From an uncultured delta proteobacterium (lineage in GTDB: Bacteria > Myxococcota > Myxococcia > Myxococcales > Myxococcaceae), in assembly GCA_963776345.1 (NCBI GenBank), contig CAVZMH010000022.1, positions 512,001 to 576,000 of the forward strand: a stretch of DNA of 64,000 bases. The letters are read 5' to 3'. Made by a program: the position numbers and the translations under genes. Of this stretch, positions 57,376-64,000 are shown one piece after another. The notes under the pieces were generated by a model that saw only the letters and a program-made list of their open reading frames with translations, had not been told where the DNA came from and made no database searches. Within the stretch, counting starts at the first letter, position 1; each line of letters begins with the position of its first letter.

Positions 57376-57705
57376 TCAGCCGGTCCGCGCGGCGACTTCC
57401 CGCGAGCGAGCCCGCCCGAGATCATGCACCACCGCCCGGGCGGTCCGCTCGATGGCCGAGGCCAGCGCCAGGGCCGCGTTGAGCCCGCGGTGGTCGACGA
57501 TGGTCGAGGGAAGCCGGGGACCGCTGACGGTGATCTGGTAGCGCGTCTCCTCCGGCCGGGACCCGCCGTTCCGCCGGCCGACGATGACCTCCACGTGCGT
57601 CAGCTCGGACCGGAACCGGCCGAGATGGGTCTCGACCAGGGACGTCGCGTGCTCGCGCAGCGGCTCGGACTGTTCGAGCCCCTGGAACCGGATCTCGATC
57701 TCCAT
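57376..57705 (-). CDS. HPF/RaiA-family ribosome-associated protein (short)
   Basis: MEIEIRFQGLEQSEPLREH....L.RF...L..VEV; AAGGAG RBS. Confidence 0.7.
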   Translation of the reverse strand: MEIEIRFQGLEQSEPLREHATSLVETHLGRFRSELTHVEVIVGRRNGGSRPEETRYQITVSGPRLPSTIVDHRGLNAALALASAIERTARAVVHDLGRARSREVAARTG

Positions 57706-57815
57706 GGCGCGCTCCTTTTGAGACGGACACGTGTACCCGGAGTGACAGAAGCCGAATATGACGAAAGAACGACGTAACGCTGCGAAAAAATCGATGAATG
57801 CCCTGCCGGCGCTCG

Positions 57816-59177
57816 CTAGGGGATGGTGCTGCTGTCGAGTCCCGCCGCCCGCTCGAGCCGGAGCACCGCCAGCTGCGCGTTGAGCCGCTCGTTGATCAGC
57901 TGGAGCGAGGCGTTGAGCACCGCGGTGATGGCGTCCGACTGCTCGAGGTAGGTGGCCACGCCGGCCTCGAAGTTGGTCCGGACCAGGGCCCCGTTCTCCC
58001 GGGCCAGCCGGACCTGCTCCTCGGCCTTGGAGCGGTTGGCCTGCGCGGACTCGAGGTCGTTGAGCGCCCGGCGCACCTCGTCCCGGGCCCGGACCTGGGC
58101 GCCACGGGCGGCGGCCTCCGCCTCGCGGCGCTTCGCCGAGGCCTCGCGGAGGTTCGCCTCGCGGAGCCCGCCGTCGAAGAGGGTCCAGCTCGCGCCGAAG
58201 GAGAAGAACCAGGCGTCGTGCTTCCCGGTGAAGCCGGTGGTGTTGCTGTAGCTGTACTGGCCGCTGAAGCCGATGCTCGGCAGGTAGCTGAGGACGTACG
58301 AGGTCTCCCCGGCCTTCGCCGCGTCGACGTTCTTGAGCGCGCCGAGCACGTCGGGCCGGCGCCCGGGGGCCTGCTCCTCGAGCAGCCCGAGGTTGTCGGG
58401 GATCGTGGCCTCGGGCGGCGTGTCCACCTCGAAGTCGGGCGCGCGGTCGAGCAGCGCGGAGAGGGCGCTCTTGGCGCTGGCGTAGGCGTAGCGGGCGCGG
58501 CGGAGGTCCTGCTCGGCCTGGGCCCGGTCGATCTGCGCGCGGAGGAGGGTGATCTTGTTCACCGACCCGGCGTCGAAGCGGACCTGGGTGTCCTTCTCCC
58601 GCTGCTGCTCGGTGCGCAGTTGCGCCTCGCGGACGGCGATGGCCTCCTTGAGCCCGACGGCGCCGAGGTACTGCTGGGCGACGGAGAGGAGGATCTCCCG
58701 CCGCGAGTTCTCGGTGTTCAGCTCGGCGGCCCGCTCGCTCAGGTAGGCCGAGTCGATGGACGCCCACAGCGAGGGGGCGATGATGGCCTGGCTGCCCCTG
58801 ACCGTCGTGCCGAGCGCGTCGCGCTGCTGGAGGACCACGTCGATCGTGGGGGGCTCGGCGACCAGCTGCGAGGTCCCGCCCGTCCCGATGTCACGGACCG
58901 GGTACTGGGTGCCGTAGGGGAACGCCAGCGTGGAGCCCACGTTGTTCCGCTGCCAGCTCGCGCCGGCCTCGAGCTGCGGGAGGTACCCGGACCAGGCCTT
59001 GCGCGAGAGCTCGTGGGCCTGATCGAGCCGGGCCTGGAGGACGCGCAGGTCGGGGTTGCCCTCGAGCGCGCGGCGGCGGGCCTCGGCAAACGTGAGCACC
59101 GGACCGGTGGCGGACGCGAGCAGCGGGGTCTGGTCGGCGGCGCCCTGGGCGAGGACGAGGAGCAGAAGAGCGGTCAT
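57816..59177 (-). CDS. TolC-family outer membrane protein
   Basis: LTFAEA...AL..NP.L, YLP, RPDV, W.LFDGG, F..G.AT..E. Confidence 0.88.
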   Translation of the reverse strand: MTALLLLVLAQGAADQTPLLASATGPVLTFAEARRRALEGNPDLRVLQARLDQAHELSRKAWSGYLPQLEAGASWQRNNVGSTLAFPYGTQYPVRDIGTGGTSQLVAEPPTIDVVLQQRDALGTTVRGSQAIIAPSLWASIDSAYLSERAAELNTENSRREILLSVAQQYLGAVGLKEAIAVREAQLRTEQQREKDTQVRFDAGSVNKITLLRAQIDRAQAEQDLRRARYAYASAKSALSALLDRAPDFEVDTPPEATIPDNLGLLEEQAPGRRPDVLGALKNVDAAKAGETSYVLSYLPSIGFSGQYSYSNTTGFTGKHDAWFFSFGASWTLFDGGLREANLREASAKRREAEAAARGAQVRARDEVRRALNDLESAQANRSKAEEQVRLARENGALVRTNFEAGVATYLEQSDAITAVLNASLQLINERLNAQLAVLRLERAAGLDSSTIP

Positions 59178-59307
59178 GGCGGCCTGCTTAACGCCCCGAT
59201 CGATGTTGTCACCAGAAACTTTGCGTTTCTACACCCGGGTCGGGCGCGTTCACCGGGAGTCCAGGCGGGACGGGCAGTTGCGCGGGGCGTGTGCTAGGGG
59301 CGGCGGC

Positions 59308-59694
59308 ATGATCGACCACACCGGTTTGAAGGTCAGCGACCCCGTGGCGAGCCGGCGGTTCTACGAGGGTGCGCTGGCGCCGCTCGGATACCGGGTGCTC
59401 ATGGAGATCCCGAAGGAGCACACCGGCGGTCGGGTCGTCCTGGGGTACGGGGTGCCGCCGAAGCCGGATTTCTGGGTGGCCGAGGGGAAGCCCGAGGAGC
59501 CGCGCGTCCACGTCGCCTTCCGTGCCGAGTCGCGCGCGGCGGTGGACGCCTTCTACCGGGCCGCGCTGGTCGCGGGCGGAAGGGACAACGGACCGCCGGG
59601 CCCCCGTCCGCACTACCACGCGAGCTACTACGGCGCGTTCATCGTCGACCCGGACGGGCACAACATCGAGGCGGTCTGCCACACGCCCGCCTGA
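59308..59694 (+). CDS. VOC/glyoxalase family protein
   Basis: MIDH.G..V.D, HVAF.A.SR..VDAF, GG.DNG.PG.RP.YH..YY.AF..DPDG.NIEAVC. Confidence 0.92.
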   Translation: MIDHTGLKVSDPVASRRFYEGALAPLGYRVLMEIPKEHTGGRVVLGYGVPPKPDFWVAEGKPEEPRVHVAFRAESRAAVDAFYRAALVAGGRDNGPPGPRPHYHASYYGAFIVDPDGHNIEAVCHTPA

Positions 59695-59708
59695 GCCCGG
59701 AGGAACCG

Positions 59709-60221
59709 ATGCCACGCTACGCGGCGTTCCTCCGGGGCGTCATGCCGATGAACGCGAAGATGCCCGAGCTGAAGCGCGCCTTCGAGAAGGCGGGGTTCGG
59801 CGAGGTCCGTACCGTGCTCGGGAGCGGCAACGTGGTGTTCAGCGCGCGCACGGCGTCCGAGCTGGCGCTGCAGCGCAAGGCCGAGAAGGCGATGCAGGAG
59901 CACCTCGGCCGGACGTTCCTGACCATCATTCGCGAGGTGGCGGCGCTGGAGCAGCTGCTCGCGGTGGACCCGTTCGAGGAACACGCTGTCCCTGCGACGG
60001 CGAAGCGGATCGTGACCTTCCTCCGCACCGAACCGGAGCGCGCACCGGCCCTGCCCATCGAGCGGGACGGTGCGCGCATTCTCCACCTGTCGGGACGCGA
60101 GGTCTTCACCGCCTACCTGCCGAGTCCTCGCGGGCCGGTCTTCATGACCCTGATCGAGAAGACGTTTGGCGAGGACCTGACCACGCGGACGTGGGACACC
60201 GTGAAGAAGGTGGCGCGATGA
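59709..60221 (+). CDS. DUF1697 domain protein
   Basis: YAAFLRG, V.T.L.SGNVVF, T.R.W.TV.K. Confidence 0.88.
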   Translation: MPRYAAFLRGVMPMNAKMPELKRAFEKAGFGEVRTVLGSGNVVFSARTASELALQRKAEKAMQEHLGRTFLTIIREVAALEQLLAVDPFEEHAVPATAKRIVTFLRTEPERAPALPIERDGARILHLSGREVFTAYLPSPRGPVFMTLIEKTFGEDLTTRTWDTVKKVAR

Positions 60222-60292
60222 GCGAGAAGATCCTGACCCGACACCCCGGAGGGAAGAGCGGAAAGAACATCAGCCGCGAAAAGTACAACTGG
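60218..60292 (+). pseudogene. Truncated remnant of a small protein (DUF6958-like N-terminus)
   Basis: ATGA-coupled MSEKILTRHPGGKSGKNISREKY then turns into antisense of DUF72; family recalled from memory. Confidence 0.5.
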
Positions 60293-61274
60293 CTCGAAGC
60301 GTCTCGGCCGGGACCGGGTGTGCGAGGCCGCGCAGCGCCTCGGGATAGTGGTCGAAGAGGTCCGGTGGCGCGGGGACGTCCTCCCCGGTCAGCATCGACT
60401 CGAGCATCAGCGCGTTGGTCGGCGCCTTTCCGAAGCTGTGGTTGTTGTTCACCAGGTAGACGTCGCGGACCTCGGGCTGGGCGGCGATGTCCCGCGCGGT
60501 CCGGGCGATCTCCTCGAGCTCCGAGCGCGGGTAGAGGTAGTCGAACCGGGCGTCCTTCTGTGCCTCCTCGGCGTGGCGCTGCTCGGGGGTCCTCTTCTGC
60601 CGCTTCTCGACGTTCTCCGCGCTCTTCTTCGACCCCCGGCCGAAGAAGCGCATCCAGGTCTGGTAGTTGCGGCCATGCATCCGGATGTAGCCGGTGGAGG
60701 TCGTGGCGTAGGGACGGAGCCGGAGCGAGTCCTTGGGGAGGTGCGGCTGGTCCACGTTGATCCAGCCGATCTTCCGCGCGCGCAGCTCGGCGAGGACCTC
60801 CGGAGCGTCCCAGCTGTCGTGCCGGAACTCGACGAAGACCGGGAGCCCCTTGAAGGCGGCGGCGGCCTTCAGGAGCCACTTCAGGGCGTCCTCGTCGATG
60901 GTCGCGTCGCGCTTGATGCGCTTGAAGCTGTAGGCGAACTGGAGCACCGCGGCGCCCAGCCGGCCGCCGTGGTGGAGGACGTCGAGCCCCTCGCGCGCCC
61001 GCGCCACGTCCTCGCGGGTCCAGCTCTTGCCGGGGGCGACGAACTGCTCGGGGATCTTCGCGGTGAAGACCACGCCAGGGCGGTCGGCGACGCGCGCGAG
61101 CCATCCGCGGGCCTCGGCGGCGGTGGCGGCGCGGTAGTAGGTCCGGTTGATCTCGAACAGCGGGAGGTAGAGCGAGAGGTACTCGAGCTTGTCGAACCCG
61201 CGCCCCGCGTGCTCCGGGTACACGGTGCCGCTCCAGTTCTTGTAGTCCCAGCCCGCGACGCCGGCCTTGAACAT
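60270..61274 (-). CDS. DUF72 domain protein
   Basis: GVAGW.Y..W.G..YP, EIN.TYY, VEFRH.SW, YIRMHGRN, DYLY...EL, NNH. Confidence 0.9.
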   Translation of the reverse strand: MFKAGVAGWDYKNWSGTVYPEHAGRGFDKLEYLSLYLPLFEINRTYYRAATAAEARGWLARVADRPGVVFTAKIPEQFVAPGKSWTREDVARAREGLDVLHHGGRLGAAVLQFAYSFKRIKRDATIDEDALKWLLKAAAAFKGLPVFVEFRHDSWDAPEVLAELRARKIGWINVDQPHLPKDSLRLRPYATTSTGYIRMHGRNYQTWMRFFGRGSKKSAENVEKRQKRTPEQRHAEEAQKDARFDYLYPRSELEEIARTARDIAAQPEVRDVYLVNNNHSFGKAPTNALMLESMLTGEDVPAPPDLFDHYPEALRGLAHPVPAETLRASCTFRG

Positions 61275-61325
61275 GGCGCCCCCGAACCTAGGGCCGGCGC
61301 GCCTCGTTCGACAGGGCCGATCGGA

Positions 61326-62114
61326 TCAGTCGGAGGCGCCGCCCTCCGCCATCGCGGGTTCGGGCTCCCGCTGGGCCGCGAGCGCCTCCAGCTGCCCGGC
61401 CACGCCCACCGAGGCGCCGATCACCAGCACCCCCGGCAGCGTGGGATGCAGCTCCGGGAGCTCGCAGGTCCCCAGCGCGGCCAGGGTCCCGCGCCACGAG
61501 CGGGCCTCCGCAGTCCCCGCGGAGAGCAGGACCGCGGCCGGGGTGCCCGGGTTCCAGCCGCGGGAGAGGAGCTCATCCGCGATGAGGGCGCGCGTCTGGA
61601 GGCCCATCAGCACGACCACCGTCGCCGCCCCGGGCTCGAGCGAGCGCAGGACCGGAGCGAACGCCCCCTCGGAATGACCGGAGACGACCAGGAACGCCGC
61701 GGCGAGACCGCGGTGGGTGACGGGGATTCCGGACAGCGCGGGCGCTGCCACCGCGGTCGAGACCCCGGGCACCACCTCGCAGGGAATCCCCGCCGCCGCC
61801 ATCGCCAGCGCCTCCTCACCGCCGCGGCCGAAGACGAACGGGTCTCCGCTCTTGAGCCGGACCACGCGCTCGCCGCAGAGCGCCCGCCGGATCATCAACC
61901 GCTCGATGGTCCCCTGGGAGATGGAAGGGCGTCCTGCCCGCTTGCCGACGTACGCCCACCGGGCCCGCGGGGCGTGGCGGAGGACGGCGCGGTCCACCAG
62001 CGCGTCGTAGAACACCACGTCCGCGGCGTTCAGCCGTGCCACGGCGCGCAGGGTCAGGAGCTCCGGATCCCCGGGGCCGGCGCCGACCAGCGAGACCAGT
62101 CCCGGGCCGTTCAC
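61326..62114 (-). CDS. cobA: Uroporphyrinogen-III C-methyltransferase
   Basis: LVGAGPGDPELLT, RLKSGDPFVFGRGGEE, GIPVTHRG. Confidence 0.93.
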   Translation of the reverse strand: MNGPGLVSLVGAGPGDPELLTLRAVARLNAADVVFYDALVDRAVLRHAPRARWAYVGKRAGRPSISQGTIERLMIRRALCGERVVRLKSGDPFVFGRGGEEALAMAAAGIPCEVVPGVSTAVAAPALSGIPVTHRGLAAAFLVVSGHSEGAFAPVLRSLEPGAATVVVLMGLQTRALIADELLSRGWNPGTPAAVLLSAGTAEARSWRGTLAALGTCELPELHPTLPGVLVIGASVGVAGQLEALAAQREPEPAMAEGGASD

Positions 62115-62671
62115 GCCCTCTCTCCGTACCGATCGTCCAGGGCGCGCAGCAGGAGCGGACGCCGTTCCTCCATCGGGACGCCCTCCGCCCGCCACCGCCC
62201 GCGCAGGCGCTCCGCGAAGGCGACCCAGTCCCCGAGATTGTCCGGGAGCAGCCGCTCGAGGGCCTCGCGGAGCAAGCTCGCCAGGGCAGGCGCGCGGCCG
62301 CCGGTGGAGATCGCCACCGTGGCGCCTCCCCGGCGCACCACGCCGCCCAGGTACGCGCTCGCCGCGTCGGTGTCGTCGACCGCGTTGACGAAGATCCGGC
62401 GCGCCCGGGCGGCCTGCGCCACCTCTCGATTGACCTCGGCCGGCGCGGCCGACACCACGAACCAGCAACCGTCCAGATCCTGCGGCTCGAAACGGCGGCG
62501 CAGGAGTCGCACGAAGGGCCGGTAGAGCTCCGCGGAGATCTCGGGCGCGACCACCGTCACCACCGCCCCCGCCTCGAGGAGCCCGCGGAGCTTGCTCGCC
62601 GCGACCTTTCCTCCGCCGACCAGGAGCACCGGGCGGCCCCACAGCTTGAGGAAGGCCGGGTAGAGGCTCAC
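62111..62671 (-). CDS. Precorrin-2 dehydrogenase / sirohydrochlorin ferrochelatase (CysG N-terminal, SirC/Met8-like)
   Basis: YPAFL.L....VLLVGGGKVA..K, VNAVDD, AISTGG.APALA. Confidence 0.88.
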   Translation of the reverse strand: MSLYPAFLKLWGRPVLLVGGGKVAASKLRGLLEAGAVVTVVAPEISAELYRPFVRLLRRRFEPQDLDGCWFVVSAAPAEVNREVAQAARARRIFVNAVDDTDAASAYLGGVVRRGGATVAISTGGRAPALASLLREALERLLPDNLGDWVAFAERLRGRWRAEGVPMEERRPLLLRALDDRYGERA

Positions 62672-63498
62672 GCCGCGCTCCTGGTGGCGAGCCGGTCGGC
62701 CAGCGCCTCGAGCATCGAGCCCATCTTCGGCGGGTCGGGCACGACGTGCGGCGGCACACCGAGCTCGTCGAGCACGCGGGCGCAGGTCGGTCCAACCGCC
62801 GCGACGACCACCCGCGAGCGAAGGGCGGCGACGAGCTGGTTTCTCCGGCCGATCCGGCTCGCGATGCTCATCAGATGCCGGGCCTGGACCTGGGTGGTGA
62901 ACGCGGCGGCGTCGAAGTCTCCGCGGACCAGCGACTCCGCGGCACGAACCAGCGGGGCCGTGTCCTCGGGCAGCCCCCACTCGTAGACCAGGAGCTCGAG
63001 GAGCACCGCGCCCTGCGAGGTGAGCGCCTCCACCAGGGGCTCGTTCCTCTCCCCGTAGTGGACCAGCACCACGGGCAGCCCGGCGAGATCGAGCGCGGCG
63101 AGGGCCTCGATCAGCTCGACGGTGGTGTACGGCGAGCGTGCCTTGATCGTCGCGGCGAGCCCCTCCCGGTGCAGCGCCGCCACGGCCTTCGGTCCGCGGC
63201 AGATGGAGCCTCCCCGCTGGATGGCCTCCACCAGCTCCGGGGCGCGACCCAGGGCCCGCGCCTCGTCGAACAGCGCCCGCGCTCCCACGCCGGTGGAGAA
63301 GACGAACGCCGGCGCGCCATCGCCGGTCCTCAGCATGTCGAGCAGCGCGGCCAGCTCGTGTCCGACCGGGCGACGCCGCTCGACCACCGCCGGAACGCAC
63401 ACCGGCACCCCTCCGCTGCGTCGGACGAGCTCCGAGAGCTCCTCGCCGAGCCGTGACTCGAAGAGCACGATGCGCTGGCCGACCAGCCCCTGTCTCAT
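62668..63498 (-). CDS. hemD: Uroporphyrinogen-III synthase
   Basis: ESR..EE, TGVG, RGPK...AL, YEW.LP.D, FT...Q, VGP. Confidence 0.8.
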   Translation of the reverse strand: MRQGLVGQRIVLFESRLGEELSELVRRSGGVPVCVPAVVERRRPVGHELAALLDMLRTGDGAPAFVFSTGVGARALFDEARALGRAPELVEAIQRGGSICRGPKAVAALHREGLAATIKARSPYTTVELIEALAALDLAGLPVVLVHYGERNEPLVEALTSQGAVLLELLVYEWGLPEDTAPLVRAAESLVRGDFDAAAFTTQVQARHLMSIASRIGRRNQLVAALRSRVVVAAVGPTCARVLDELGVPPHVVPDPPKMGSMLEALADRLATRSAA

Positions 63499-64000
63499 CG
63501 GGCCGCCGCGACCGGCGTCGCCGGCTCCTCCACCGCCCGCAGGACGCGTCCCTGCCCCTGCGCGACGAACCAGTAGGGCAGCCCGATGAGCAGCGCCCCT
63601 CCGACGATGTTGCCCGCGGTGACCCACGTGAGGTTGCGCGCGAATCCCGCCCAGGAGACCAGGGCCGGATCGTGCGGCAGGAAGAGGCCGATGCCGAGCA
63701 GGGTCATGTTGGCCACGCTGTGCTCGAAGCCCGCGCCGATGAAGGCGAAGAGACACCAGAAGATGAGCACCAGCCGCGCGGTCTCGTCCTTGGTGCGGAT
63801 GCCCATCCACACCGCGAGGCACACCAGCGCGTTGCAGAGCACGCCGCGGAAGAACAGCTCGCCGGCCGGCGCGGCCATCTTGGCGGCGGCGACCCCGAGC
63901 ACGAACTCCTTCGCCGGAGCCTTGCTCAGGACCCCGGAGCTGGCGGTGGCCAGGGCGAGGAGCAGCGAGCCGAGGAGGTTCCCGGCGAAGCTCGCCACCC
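63495..64000 (-). CDS. Formate/nitrite transporter (NirC-like), 3' part
   Basis: GNLLG, RGVLCNALVCLAVW, F...GFEHSVANM, VT.GNIVGG. Confidence 0.9.
   Translation of the reverse strand, partial: VASFAGNLLGSLLLALATASSGVLSKAPAKEFVLGVAAAKMAAPAGELFFRGVLCNALVCLAVWMGIRTKDETARLVLIFWCLFAFIGAGFEHSVANMTLLGIGLFLPHDPALVSWAGFARNLTWVTAGNIVGGALLIGLPYWFVAQGQGRVLRAVEEPATPVAAAR

Noticed and set aside
1..64000. tRNA, rRNA, prophage or strong intrinsic terminators
   Set aside because: None recognised; intergenic gaps are short and I saw no hairpin followed by a U-tract.

Overview
Very GC-rich bacterial DNA. Gene content and style (Gld-type ABC/DUF4340 with DAG repeats, DUF885 lipoprotein, Hanks kinase, SEC-C Map) suggest a myxobacterium (Myxococcota); this is inference. 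The window holds about 70 densely packed genes, mostly accessory metabolism, stress and regulation. I saw no rRNA, tRNA, CRISPR array, integrase or transposase. At least five genes carry frameshifts, most likely indel errors of a long-read or MAG assembly. Most interesting: (1) a translationally coupled minus-strand operon encoding a lipoprotein group-1 truncated hemoglobin with an apolar distal pocket, a Ser/Thr kinase-RDD protein, a secreted YceI + TsdA/SoxA-like diheme cytochrome c fusion and a SEC-C Map, which is a candidate envelope heme redox-sensing system; (2) two copies, 31.6 kb apart, of a non-coding element with identical inverted arms, unrelated spacers and an IHF-like motif at the same offset (RIP/RIB-like), each beside other short repeats including a 77-bp tandem array; (3) a HipA-like kinase-DUF3037-conserved hypothetical operon; (4) readable regulatory logic: a leaderless TetR with a second operator inside the next CDS, a SigG-type ECF promoter, two sigma54-like promoters and an ArsR palindrome. 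Family names come from motif recognition, not database searches.
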